IMG/VR virus record: IMGVR_UViG_3300038505_000007
Coordinates: 1 to 45,945 of that record
Length of the DNA: 45,945 nt
Strand: one strand, 5' to 3'
Source of the DNA: a virus
Part shown: one piece after another, positions 10,701 to 20,140 of the stretch
Position numbering within the stretch: the first letter of the stretch is position 1
Layout: the number at the start of each line of letters is the position of its first letter
The notes under the pieces: generated by a model
Database searches by the model: none
What the model was told of the DNA's origin: nothing
The model's input: the letters and a program-made list of their open reading frames with translations, nothing else
Made by a program: the position numbers and the translations under genes

Positions 10701-13700
10701 CGTTTCCGACGTCATACCACACAGCGACAGAGCCGTTGTCGTCATATATGATGAAATATCTACGATCCAGTGATATGTCGTTTGTTCCTACTGTCGTAGC
10801 GACACCGAAGCCGCTAGTACCAGATAGCGCAGCAGGTAGAGCTCCGTTTTGAGCGTTTGTTATAGTAATAATGTTTCCTAACACAGTCGCTGAGAAAGCG
10901 CTGTCTGTGTTTATCATGACAGCTATCTTGTTGGCGACAGTAGCTGCGGTATCGTTCGTGTTTATGGTGGCTACTTTAATAGCTCTAGAAGCTCCGTGCG
11001 TAGGAGAAGCGGCTCCGACGTTGTCTACGTCAAACCACACTGCGACAGATCCAGCTGTGTCGTGTATGATGAAGTAGGTCTGATGCAAAGATCCACCTAC
11101 ATCTGGTACTGTAGTTATAGTAAATGTCGTAGGCGAGCCAACGATATCAGGTATTGTAGTGACAGTAACTATCTCTGGTGAGCCAGGTGAAGTTAGAGAG
11201 GCATTTGGGTTTTTGACCCTAATAGTAAAGCCGCTCTTATTGAATATCTTGAACTGACCAGAGTTGGCAGAAGAAACACCAGACACTGTGTTGATAGATA
11301 CCACGTCACCTATCGTCACAGAAGATAAGTTTCCTGCGGAGAACGTGTAGTCGTAGTACTCTCCAGTAGACGGAGCACCGTTTGGAAAGTTAGTGCTCGC
11401 GTCTGGATAAGGCCCCATAACTGATATGGTGTCTCCGTTGTTTAGTCCTATAGCTCTAGCTGGACCAGAGCCAAAGAAGTAAGAGAGCTTGCTCCACGAA
11501 GGAGTGTTCAGGTACGTGTACATCGGAGACTGATCAGGAGAAGTTGGGTACTCTATGCTGAATCGTAGATTTTCACCGCTTGGGCCAAACTGTGAAGCCC
11601 TCACTATCATTCTTCCACCTGTTCCAGCAAAACCTCCAGTAGCGTACCAGTTTCTCGCGCGCATCCATACTGCGTAATCAGCGAACTCTGTCTTGTTTTG
11701 CGTCTTGCTCCACACTACTAAGTTGCTGAAGTCTATACCGGGCTCATTGTCTAGGTCTGTAGCAGAGAACTCAGTGGTTGTGGGAGTGAAGCTTGTCATC
11801 CCAGAGCCAGAGTTAACTATACCGGTCCTAGACATCTTTACGTCTATGGTTTTTGTAGCCGGGTCATTGTCTACGACAAAAATTACGCTATCATCAGAAG
11901 ATATAGACAAAGGACGAGATAGGTGTATCTCGTCTCCTGAGACATAATCTATGTTTGTTCTAGCTATCCCCTGTTGTGTACCGAAAGATACTGGGTTTAT
12001 TATGTCTCTTATTGACCTAAATTGACCCTTGTTGCTGCCCTTATCCATGAACACGTAGTCACTGTAATCCGCTGATTGAGGCGGCAGCGACGTAGTTAAT
12101 AATTCGCTGTATGTAGATGTAAAAGGAGGAGAACTAGGTACTACGTTGATCGGAAGAGAACCGTACAAGTCTGAGTAGATGACTCTGCTTAAAAAGACAT
12201 TTTGACCGTATATAGGATTGCTTATCTTAAAATAGCTTATCGCTGAGTCTTTGTTAGATATCTTAGTAGCGACATGTGGCAGGTTTCCGAACTGTGCTGT
12301 CTGCGTTTCCTGGAACAGTACAGACGCGTTGGCTATAGATACTGGTATTGCTATGCTGCCGTTCTTCTCTGAAGTAGATGTCAACTTTATCGAGTTAGAT
12401 TTGAATATGCTTGCTTTTACGTTATATACGTGCTTATGCAGTGAGTCTATTATGTCTATCAAAGAAGCAGCAGGAGGGTTTATCAAGTAAGAGCCTCGCC
12501 ATATCTGCGGGTAGCCGTCTGTCTCGAATGCCTTGATGTCTAACACGTCTTGTACTTGGATGCCAGACTCAGGAACAGTGCTGTCGTTGCTGACGTCGAT
12601 GTATGTGTCTACACCTAAGTTAGTGTGAGCGCCTTTTGCTTTTATTTTATATAAGCCAGTGTTTTGAATACTCAGCCAGCCTGGTGTGCTTCTGTACACG
12701 AGATAGATATAGTCTCCGGGTTTTAGAGCCGCAAAGCTCTCAGTAGAGTCTATCATTATCCTCATGGTTTGAGGATCTGGGCTAGATATAGTTATGTTGG
12801 TTCCTAGTACTAGAGGCACTGACTTTTTATTGCAGTACTTTGAGTCAGCTACTATGACCATCTCAGCGGCTCTACCGTTCGCGTCGATGGCTAGGTTAAA
12901 CAGGTTAGAGAGACTACTAGAGCTGATTATGAATCCCTTAGTGTCCTCTGAACCAGCAGATATCGAGTCTCCTGGTAGTATAGGTTTTAGTATTCTTAGG
13001 TTACCAGTCTGCCTGTTGAGCTCAAAATCAGCAGTCTGGCCCTCTGCTTCTATAGGGAGATCTGCGAAGAGCTTATTGAGTAGTGTTCCTCCCATTATCT
13101 TAAGTTTAGAGGCTTGTCCGCTCTTGTTCGATCTTATTATCATGGTCTGGCTAGGCGTAGCCTCTGCTATTATTCCAGCGAATTTTCTGTTAAAAGCTTC
13201 CACCCAGTCCTCTAGAGACAAAGCAGAGAAAGAAGACGCACCAGGGAAGTCAGATAGAGTAAAAAGCCTATCTTGCTCTGGTGTGTCGTCTACGGATATG
13301 ATCAAGTTGCTCGCAGAAGTTATGTTCCACTGAGCGTAGGGTGTGGTGGTTAGCTCTGCACTCTTTTGCTTTTCTTTTAGTCTTACGCTGTTCTGGTACA
13401 GCGTAATGTAGCTCATCTCATCAGTAGGAAACTTGAGCTGGCTGTTAGCGTAGTACGCCTCGTCGTCGGATGCTCTTAGAGGAAGTACTTGAATAGTCTC
13501 TGCGTCGTGCTTAGCGGCGTACAACATTATGTTCTTGCTACTGTTAGTAAAAAGAGCCTTAAAGTTCACTGATTGACTGTTGATCGCTGACACGACTTCC
13601 ACTAAAGTAGCAGCAGATATGTTTACAAAATGCTTGTTCTCAAAATATATGGTCTCTTCTTTTCCATCTACCGCTACTCTCAAGAATGAGCCATCTAGGA

Positions 13701-14829
13701 ACGTGAAAGGACCGCTTGCTGCGTTGATAACCATGGCTCTGGGTAGTGGAAAGTTAGAGAGTTGCAGAAACTCCTCGGTTCCCTCTGCGTTGTTCACCAG
13801 TATGTCTACCGACTGTCCCTTATATGAAGGCTGAAACCCTGTGCCGTCGTCGATGTACAGCAGAGATGGATCACCTATCTTTACTGGCTCGGATATCTTA
13901 GCTGAGGCTACTTGCTTGCTGTCTTCTTGGTCTGACACTCCTATGACTGCAGATATGATGCTCTGAGCTGTGCCTCTAGCTAGAGTCGATGCGTAGCTCT
14001 TGAGTCTGTTTCTTAGCTCTGAGTCAGTCTCTACGTCTTTTCCGTTAGAGAAGGCCGTAGTGTTCGTGACCTCTGCTCCTAGAAACGGCACAGTGTCAAA
14101 CTCAGATATAGCTCCAATCCCAGCGTTTCCAGCTGTACCAGGTGAGAGAGCTATCACTTCTACGTCCTCTACTTTATCTTCCCCAGATGGGATCACTGCG
14201 TCTCTTATAAGAGAGTACCTGATCTCTGGAGTTAAGTTGTTAGCCGGGATCTTAACGACAGTGCCAGCTGGGATTATCCTGTCTGGCTCACCTTGTGAGT
14301 CTATCACGGACTCAGATATGAGGTGGTCTTTCTGTAGAGCAGACGCTAGCACTATCTCTGAGTGCGTAGGAAACACGTTGATAGCCGTGTAGTTTATTGG
14401 CCCCTCAAAGTTCTCTGTTCCTCTTCCTATGTATATAGATCCCGTTGGAGCCCAACCAGACGTGTTGTTAACATATATAGTCGTCTGTCCTGCTATTGGA
14501 GCAGGCTTGACTACGTAAAAGCCAGTGCTTCTCTTTTGTATATTCTTGTTAAATATAGTTACTTTGCCAGACGCCCTAACAGCTGGTCTTCTTGAGAGAC
14601 CGTAGTCCGCAGCTTTAGCGTCTAAGTCGTTGTTTCTAAGCGCGTCTATGTTTAGAAGCTCTAATACGTTAAGTATTGCAGTGTTGTTTTCAAAGTCATT
14701 AGAAGCAGCGGCTTCTAAAAGAGTGAGTAAGACAGATCCATCGTTGATATCGTTTAGTGGCGTGTCGGCGACTATCTTTCTCACCATGTCGCCAAGTATC
14801 TGGTTAAAACTCTTGATCTCTATACTCAT
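7732..14829 (-). CDS. Giant baseplate J-like wedge protein (2365 aa)
   Basis: N-terminal J-like motifs (DINDGSVLLTLLEA; LDAKAADYGLSR; GTAGN..GAI; GKDVETDSELRNR) and C-terminal J-like end (IINYVNSLGVGQDVVLSEIIAAVMQIKGV) enclose ~1900 aa of inserted beta-rich domains. Confidence 0.85.
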   Translation of the reverse strand: MSIEIKSFNQILGDMVRKIVADTPLNDINDGSVLLTLLEAAASNDFENNTAILNVLELLNIDALRNNDLDAKAADYGLSRRPAVRASGKVTIFNKNIQKRSTGFYVVKPAPIAGQTTIYVNNTSGWAPTGSIYIGRGTENFEGPINYTAINVFPTHSEIVLASALQKDHLISESVIDSQGEPDRIIPAGTVVKIPANNLTPEIRYSLIRDAVIPSGEDKVEDVEVIALSPGTAGNAGIGAISEFDTVPFLGAEVTNTTAFSNGKDVETDSELRNRLKSYASTLARGTAQSIISAVIGVSDQEDSKQVASAKISEPVKIGDPSLLYIDDGTGFQPSYKGQSVDILVNNAEGTEEFLQLSNFPLPRAMVINAASGPFTFLDGSFLRVAVDGKEETIYFENKHFVNISAATLVEVVSAINSQSVNFKALFTNSSKNIMLYAAKHDAETIQVLPLRASDDEAYYANSQLKFPTDEMSYITLYQNSVRLKEKQKSAELTTTPYAQWNITSASNLIISVDDTPEQDRLFTLSDFPGASSFSALSLEDWVEAFNRKFAGIIAEATPSQTMIIRSNKSGQASKLKIMGGTLLNKLFADLPIEAEGQTADFELNRQTGNLRILKPILPGDSISAGSEDTKGFIISSSSLSNLFNLAIDANGRAAEMVIVADSKYCNKKSVPLVLGTNITISSPDPQTMRIMIDSTESFAALKPGDYIYLVYRSTPGWLSIQNTGLYKIKAKGAHTNLGVDTYIDVSNDSTVPESGIQVQDVLDIKAFETDGYPQIWRGSYLINPPAASLIDIIDSLHKHVYNVKASIFKSNSIKLTSTSEKNGSIAIPVSIANASVLFQETQTAQFGNLPHVATKISNKDSAISYFKISNPIYGQNVFLSRVIYSDLYGSLPINVVPSSPPFTSTYSELLTTSLPPQSADYSDYVFMDKGSNKGQFRSIRDIINPVSFGTQQGIARTNIDYVSGDEIHLSRPLSISSDDSVIFVVDNDPATKTIDVKMSRTGIVNSGSGMTSFTPTTTEFSATDLDNEPGIDFSNLVVWSKTQNKTEFADYAVWMRARNWYATGGFAGTGGRMIVRASQFGPSGENLRFSIEYPTSPDQSPMYTYLNTPSWSKLSYFFGSGPARAIGLNNGDTISVMGPYPDASTNFPNGAPSTGEYYDYTFSAGNLSSVTIGDVVSINTVSGVSSANSGQFKIFNKSGFTIRVKNPNASLTSPGSPEIVTVTTIPDIVGSPTTFTITTVPDVGGSLHQTYFIIHDTAGSVAVWFDVDNVGAASPTHGASRAIKVATINTNDTAATVANKIAVMINTDSAFSATVLGNIITITNAQNGALPAALSGTSGFGVATTVGTNDISLDRRYFIIYDDNGSVAVWYDVGNDSSPEPFHGADRSIKVSGVMPGDSAATIAAATATAINLDPKFTATALGNVITITHTTNGNLPNANAGTSGFSVANTDGSNSTSELITNNSGISIFPITGTTVQDIMNTVNTSGIIEISPVSPVTSIIDVATREEDYSYSGNSTALAYDHNPTIIPSRGYISLFDGINWVKSFDNSNPNFTLKKTMTLNGVAPWVYELHTAPNHDIPDIGEVFKLVPTTIENVRHHLTQKALSQLPIVANVSVSNDRKNIQIVSKKLGSEGAIEVVGGNANSAKMYILNESEVVSDINGNKMLVKIQAFPDTFNAGDYVWVKNPKGVRRQSRLSASDTVDVVNPSPGIIEYKLNAKATNITATTQFTITDVSSVYMRPAGFVWRWTHSGSASFAQVKPGDILMAYGPTLSYAQGNKVGQNGAGQIAGFPIINVNDSLNYVDVINPFGKAMPTPTAVGAGNTVSIHPSNLIKWTLRHAARVKILSITRVSNIVTVTCEGPHRLNSGDNVDIRDSNNIPDGAYLNVTTISHSQFSFTLAGPNFTETNVGATVIKSGLVPTRYTVEKMGHNNLIKIKRVAGESPMFVDSGVAVDDVIVIKGETFKASNNGVFRVLGVTNDYIIIENKTGSEELNHIRLFNNKGLQAQWTANNNIITGVAGTFKNINVGDWIKKPEDPDSFYRQVLSMSPSSPSTATQIVIGGNYQGATSNSMGAAYDQASAYYGGVELKGLDDISVYEGDSTMDGDTLYIQNIVATGWFSQPNIGSFVISEVGVGADYRPYFKVNNSAGVAESNRSLSVDVNGFYVVESNKNKFKSLRVISHAALDDLNPERRSLYLYPHDRHYKFSNAYETMIEHAGKIGYISDITRGTDGYMYFTGLLRRVQRIIDGYEPDAQNFPGRRAVGGLIEIIPPIIKRVSLTINITTDEGVNLGEISNNIKSVIINYVNSLGVGQDVVLSEIIAAVMQIKGVYAATFTKPDPSTEKIAIANDEKAYITPDDIGLS

Positions 14830-14883
14830 TAGAGGCCTCTTTGAGATTGATTATTTTTTATATTTTACCGCGAGACTTGTTGT

Positions 14884-16482
14884 TTACCTATAATTTACTG
14901 AAAAGCTAATAGGTATTACAGTGTTTCCGCCGGCTAGCTTAACAGAGAGGCTTATACTTATAGCGTTGACTGACTTCTCTGGGTTGTTCTTGTCTCTCAT
15001 GAGCTCTATAGACATAGTCTCTATATAGTCAAACCTAGGGTCTTTTGATATCTGTCTCTCTAGCGTCTCTCTTATCTTTTCTCTTACAAGTAAGAAGCTA
15101 GAAGTCTTCTCGCCTAAAAAGTTAGGGAACCCAAAATCTGGGTGCTTGTGGAGGCTTTTTAGCTCTACTGTGAGCTTTAGCTTCATGGCTTGTATAGCGT
15201 TCTCTAGCCCATAGCTGAGCTTAACGTCTGAGTTAGGAGTAAATATGAGGTCCCCCTGGGGATCTATGGCTAAGTCTATGCCGGCTTTTTTCTCATCTTC
15301 ACTGCTCTTACTCAAGAACCACGGCACCTCGTTCTTCCTGTCCTCTGGTATCTCCTCAGTAGAGGGTATGAGGATGTAAAAAGAGCTGTTTATAGTATTA
15401 GGGGCGAACACTCTTATTGCCGCGTTGTCAGCTGTCTTGTATATGTCTAAGTTAGCTGGACCATCTAGCTCTATTATTATCTCGCCTGAGACAGGGACTT
15501 GAGTTATGTTCACTATGCTTCTTTGATCTGGCAGCATTTGAGTAGAAGAGGACAAGAACACAGGCTGGTTGATGTATAGCTTGTCTATGTTGAGGCTGCC
15601 GTTTATGTCAGTCTCAGCAAGGTTGATGAAGTTGCCGTTACCGTTAGAGAGTAGCGGTATGCTCTGTCCTACCTCGTCGATGTACGGAGGTTTAAGCCCG
15701 TTAGCTATAGCAATGTCGATCCACTTGTCTGGGTCTCCTAGGTACCTCTCTGCTAGAGATTGAAGGCTCTCACCGTAGTTTAGCCTAACAAGCCTACCAG
15801 AGCTGTACTGCCCTATGTTTATCTCAGGATTGTTGGCGTTGGCCCTAGCTATAGCAAAAGGGTCAACAGCTAGATCTACGCTGTATAAGTTGGCCAGCAG
15901 GAAATCTATTGTCTTTATCATCTTCTGCGCCTGCAGTAGATAGTTTAGGTCAACTACTGTGGCGTTCACCTGCTGTGATATAGAGCTCCTGTTGTATGCC
16001 TTGTTGTAGTCGTCGTCTTTTAACCCTATGTAGTCTGCGAGCCTGTCCCTGTACTCTCTTATCTTTTTTCGAGCCAAAACAAAATCATTCTTAGTGTACA
16101 GGTTTATCCTGTCTATCTCTCTTTGTATTAGATCCTCTTCCTCGTTTGTTAGCGCTATATCCTGCACAAACATGTTGTCGAATATGCCTATGAACCTAAA
16201 GAACGTGTTCGTGTCTTGAAGAGGGTTTAATTTTGACTCCCTCTGAGACTCCACGAATTCAGAAAAATCTTTTATCTGTTGTTTTAGAAAGTCTGGCTCA
16301 AAGTATAAGTCGGACCGGTTGAGTAGCTCAACTTTTATGAACTCCCAGTTGTTCTTTATGTATGTCCATCTAAGAGGTATGATTATGGGAAAATCAGATA
16401 GAGCGAATGAGTCACCGCTTTTGACTTTCATCCACAGGTTTACGTCTGCTATATACTGATAAACATCAGAAACGTTAATCAT
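14884..16482 (-). CDS. Baseplate protein with LysM-like domain and C-terminal gp25/gpW-like domain (532 aa)
   Basis: GESLQSLAERYLGDPDKWIDIAIANGL is LysM-like. GIDLAIDPQGDL...GLENAIQAMKLKL...HPDFG...DPR is gp25-like. The gene lies directly before the J-like gene. Confidence 0.75.
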   Translation of the reverse strand: MINVSDVYQYIADVNLWMKVKSGDSFALSDFPIIIPLRWTYIKNNWEFIKVELLNRSDLYFEPDFLKQQIKDFSEFVESQRESKLNPLQDTNTFFRFIGIFDNMFVQDIALTNEEEDLIQREIDRINLYTKNDFVLARKKIREYRDRLADYIGLKDDDYNKAYNRSSISQQVNATVVDLNYLLQAQKMIKTIDFLLANLYSVDLAVDPFAIARANANNPEINIGQYSSGRLVRLNYGESLQSLAERYLGDPDKWIDIAIANGLKPPYIDEVGQSIPLLSNGNGNFINLAETDINGSLNIDKLYINQPVFLSSSTQMLPDQRSIVNITQVPVSGEIIIELDGPANLDIYKTADNAAIRVFAPNTINSSFYILIPSTEEIPEDRKNEVPWFLSKSSEDEKKAGIDLAIDPQGDLIFTPNSDVKLSYGLENAIQAMKLKLTVELKSLHKHPDFGFPNFLGEKTSSFLLVREKIRETLERQISKDPRFDYIETMSIELMRDKNNPEKSVNAISISLSVKLAGGNTVIPISFSVNYR

Positions 16483-16484
16483 AT

Positions 16485-17330
16485 CTATCTACTGAAAATC
16501 TTTATTCCGCCGCCTACGGCTCCTATGATGCTCTTAATCTTGCTCGCTGTGTTTTTTACTTCACCTAGCTTTGTGCTGCTAGATATACCAGACAGACCAA
16601 GAGAAGCTAGCTTATCTGACATCGCAGCACCTTTTGTGTCTATTTTTGATGACCTAAGGTTATAACCTCGCATCTGTATGCTGTAGAAGTACAGCATGGG
16701 GTTCTCAGCTGAACGCCGCATGTTGAAGCTCTTAATTACCACGTCGTACTGGACGCCGTCTTTCATGTTGAAGAATATTATTGGATGATCCTCGCTGTTT
16801 GTCGGCTTAAAGCCCTTGTACTGTATAGCGTTCTTGTAAGACATCAGCGCCGTGTATAGATTATGGAAGGCTGCGTAGCCAGTAAGCGAGTTATTTGTTC
16901 CTATAGTGTCTACTTCTTTATTAGAAGTGAGCTCTCTATAAGAAGAAGCTATCTTATTTATAACGGATATTGTCTTAGAGAATAAGCCTGTGTTGTCTTC
17001 TATGAGGTTTTCTTGAACAGAAAAAGACGTCCTACCTTGTTGAGGCGTGACATTTGACATCAAATCTACAGTCGTAGGATAAGATTTGGGCATCATTCCA
17101 GTTGTGCCCTCTATTGCTATATCGTAATAGCGTAGCTCAGTGTGCTCCTCTACTGTTCCACCCATGGTAGGAATTAAATTTGTGTTAAACGGCGTTGATA
17201 CTTGAATATTCTGAGGCGATATGGGCAGATAATACACCTGCACTCCACTATTTGAGTGGATTATAAACCCGTACGGAGCATTCCTGTACCAATTATCTTT
17301 GCTTATGATGTATATATTCTTAAAGGCCAT
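16485..17330 (-). CDS. Baseplate/tube-initiator-like structural protein (281 aa)
   Basis: YYLPISPQNIQV...IAIEGTTG...FNMRRSAENPMLYFYSIQM pattern and position between spike and wedge. Confidence 0.55.
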   Translation of the reverse strand: MAFKNIYIISKDNWYRNAPYGFIIHSNSGVQVYYLPISPQNIQVSTPFNTNLIPTMGGTVEEHTELRYYDIAIEGTTGMMPKSYPTTVDLMSNVTPQQGRTSFSVQENLIEDNTGLFSKTISVINKIASSYRELTSNKEVDTIGTNNSLTGYAAFHNLYTALMSYKNAIQYKGFKPTNSEDHPIIFFNMKDGVQYDVVIKSFNMRRSAENPMLYFYSIQMRGYNLRSSKIDTKGAAMSDKLASLGLSGISSSTKLGEVKNTASKIKSIIGAVGGGIKIFSR

Positions 17331-17351
17331 ATACTAATTATAAGTCATTAT

Positions 17352-18362
17352 TTATAGAGAGCCTGTTATCTCTTTTATTTTTTGCTGTACTTGCTTTACT
17401 TGAGACCACTGAGGAGCCGCCTGCATCGCAGTACATGGACCCATTGGGGATATGGGCGTCAACATGCCTATAGCCTCTACTAGTTGAAATATCTGATCAA
17501 GAAGCTCTACGCCATTTTTACCTATAGCTATCTTGGGTGAGTTTATCTTGACTGAAGACGATGACTTAATGTTAGTATCCTTAGTTGACACAGTAAAAAG
17601 ATCTTTTGCTTTTATGTCTACTGTCTTACAAGATACGTCTATTTTCTCTTGTTTCTTGGTTAGCGTTATATCTATACTGCCACTCTTTATTTTAATGGTC
17701 CCACCGGTTTTATCTATCCTGAGCATCTGGTTCCCGCCGTCTTTTGTGCTGATATCGTTTATCTCTATACTTCCGGTCTTGTCCATCAACACATAGGAAC
17801 CAGTTGTGTTCTTGTCTCTTTGCGGCTTATCTATTTGCTTGCTGGGTTTTTCGTTTAGTTTGCTTAGGTTTGTAGGCTGACCTAAAAAAGTGAGCCTATA
17901 TTCTCCATCTTTGTTTATAAAAGTCTCTATACCATTGAACTCTGATTTATACTGAGGCCCGTCCTCTGCTTTTAACTGGTGCTCTCTGGCACGATGTCTT
18001 ATGGCTCCTATTATCAATGCATCGGATGAGTTTCCGTTTATGAATACCACGACAACCAGGTCTCCTGGTTTTATACTGAGGTCTATTATCTCACTTATGT
18101 CTCTGTCGGACTTGTAGCCTCTTAGAGTGAACTCTTCGTAGTTGTATACGCCTCCGAAGCGCGTCATTAGTCTGGCGTTTACATCTACTATATCTAGCTT
18201 ATCTATGAGCTCAACTTGATACCTGAAATCGCCGACTCTCTTGTCGTAAAATATTCTCTTTATGGTGCCAACCCTTATAAAAGGGTCTCTGCGATACACA
18301 GCACCAGCGTATCGATCATCTTTCCATATAGAACTGTCTTTCACTATCCTAAAAGGATCCAT
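17352..18362 (-). CDS. Baseplate central spike (gpV/gp5-like) (336 aa)
   Basis: OB-fold-like GDLVVVVFING...ALIIGAI followed by beta-strand repeats (IDKTGGTIKIKS) and a tip-like TPISPMGP; follows the hub gene. Confidence 0.7.
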   Translation of the reverse strand: MDPFRIVKDSSIWKDDRYAGAVYRRDPFIRVGTIKRIFYDKRVGDFRYQVELIDKLDIVDVNARLMTRFGGVYNYEEFTLRGYKSDRDISEIIDLSIKPGDLVVVVFINGNSSDALIIGAIRHRAREHQLKAEDGPQYKSEFNGIETFINKDGEYRLTFLGQPTNLSKLNEKPSKQIDKPQRDKNTTGSYVLMDKTGSIEINDISTKDGGNQMLRIDKTGGTIKIKSGSIDITLTKKQEKIDVSCKTVDIKAKDLFTVSTKDTNIKSSSSVKINSPKIAIGKNGVELLDQIFQLVEAIGMLTPISPMGPCTAMQAAPQWSQVKQVQQKIKEITGSL

Positions 18363-18364
18363 AC

Positions 18365-20134
18365 TTATTTATCCTTAATGTTGTTTGTTTTAGATATAGT
18401 GCTAGGCAGGTTGCTGTATATTGAGTCTAGCTGCTGCGGTGAGTTAGAGCTTGTAACTTGCTTCTTGTTGTTTCCTTGCGCCTGAGGTCTATTTATATAA
18501 TCTATTCCTCCATCGCCCACGGGCATAAATGACTCGTTTACTACTATACCTCTTACAAAACTTATACTTGTCCTATACTGTCTCTTACCGTCTGAATCTA
18601 TAGAGAACATGTGCGATACCGACTCTATGTGGGCTAATATAAAATTACCAGATTTATTTTTAGCGCTGTCTGTGTTAAAGTTATGAGACGCAAACAAAGA
18701 CTCAAGAGGAAAATACACGTTTGCTCCTACAGGGATATATATGTCAGACCCAACCATCTCTATGGTGCCGTTGAGCATCCTGTGAGTGTTAAAGTACCAG
18801 TGCTTCATCGTGTTAGCCCAGGACTGAACTATGTGCCACAGTATTGGCTCTTTTGACTTAGGCTGATTTATGTTTATAGGCAGCTGAGTTACTCCTAAGA
18901 TCAAAGGTCTTAGGCCCTCCCTGTCAAACGCACTTGCGTCGTAGGCGTGAGTGTACCTACCAACGTAGTTTTGAACAATATCTAAGGGGAGCAGTGGTTT
19001 TAGCTCTATAAAATTAATCTTGTCTCTCCAGTTTGTCCCCGCGTTTATAGATATTATGTTGACTGGGTCTATGTAATAAGCAGGCAGTCTCTGAAAGAAC
19101 GATGTTATAGGGGTCTTGTTTTTGTCATCTAAGATTCCTTCTATGCAAAAAGGCTTAAACCTGTTGTATAGAGTGAACACAGGAGAGCTGTCGTCTGGCC
19201 ACTCTATCTCTGTGAACATCTCATTTATAGCTTGATTTGAGTTCGACAGCATTATCTCCCAAAGAGAGTGCACTCCTTGCAAGGAGAAAACATCAATTAT
19301 CCCATGCGAGCCGGCTACGTTGTCGTACTCTGATATAAGCCCGTTTCTCCTAACAAGGCTTCCTGTCTTTATCTTAACTAGCTCTGTAAAAACGTTTGTC
19401 TTGTATTGTGGTTTTTCTTGCTTATTTTTTGTGTTTTTATTATCCCTAAAACCAGTGTTTAGGAAAGATGACAAGTTTTCTGGTAAGTTAAAATTGTAGA
19501 CCGACTTAGCTATCCTGTTGATATTGTTCTCGTGGTCTCTGTACGACCCACCAGGATTTGCTCCTAATATATTTAGGAGATTTCTTAGGTTCTCTGTTGT
19601 CGAGAATATCCTAGGCGCGCCGCTGTTTCCGTATATCGCTGCCCTAAGCATCAGTACGATCTCGTTTAACGCGCTGTTGTTTCCTTTCTCTCTTATAGAG
19701 TTGTCTATATGAAGAACAGAGTTGAACACGTCTGACCACTCTGTACCAGAAACAAAATACATAGTCCTTCTAACACCGTCTTGGTCTACAGATGTCTGGA
19801 CTCTAACCGACTCTATTCTTCCTATGAACCTAAGACTCTTAATGTTAGCCCTAGTGATGTCTTCTTTTGTTATCTCGTCTTGAGACATAAGTATAGCACA
19901 CCAGCTTCCTGGTGTTATATACGAAACCCAGTTTTTGTTGGGAGCTAGAACTACTTTAAAACTTCCTGATGGCTCAGACTTAGACCTACTGGTCGCCATA
20001 GATACTATTGAGTAAGTGCTTATAAGCAAGTCGTAGCTTTTCTTGTCTTTAAAGCCGACGTGTCCGCCTCTCTCTACGTAGTTCCACACCACCATCGCGG
20101 CGTGAGGTTTTTTAATAGTCTTTTTTAGATTCAT
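18365..20134 (-). CDS. Baseplate hub protein (gp27/gpD-like) (589 aa)
   Basis: SRSKSEPSGSFKVVL, RFIGRIESVR, NGTIEMVG, HIESVSHMF...TSISFVRG; directly after the tape measure gene. Confidence 0.7.
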   Translation of the reverse strand: MNLKKTIKKPHAAMVVWNYVERGGHVGFKDKKSYDLLISTYSIVSMATSRSKSEPSGSFKVVLAPNKNWVSYITPGSWCAILMSQDEITKEDITRANIKSLRFIGRIESVRVQTSVDQDGVRRTMYFVSGTEWSDVFNSVLHIDNSIREKGNNSALNEIVLMLRAAIYGNSGAPRIFSTTENLRNLLNILGANPGGSYRDHENNINRIAKSVYNFNLPENLSSFLNTGFRDNKNTKNKQEKPQYKTNVFTELVKIKTGSLVRRNGLISEYDNVAGSHGIIDVFSLQGVHSLWEIMLSNSNQAINEMFTEIEWPDDSSPVFTLYNRFKPFCIEGILDDKNKTPITSFFQRLPAYYIDPVNIISINAGTNWRDKINFIELKPLLPLDIVQNYVGRYTHAYDASAFDREGLRPLILGVTQLPININQPKSKEPILWHIVQSWANTMKHWYFNTHRMLNGTIEMVGSDIYIPVGANVYFPLESLFASHNFNTDSAKNKSGNFILAHIESVSHMFSIDSDGKRQYRTSISFVRGIVVNESFMPVGDGGIDYINRPQAQGNNKKQVTSSNSPQQLDSIYSNLPSTISKTNNIKDK

Positions 20135-20140
20135 TTTTTA

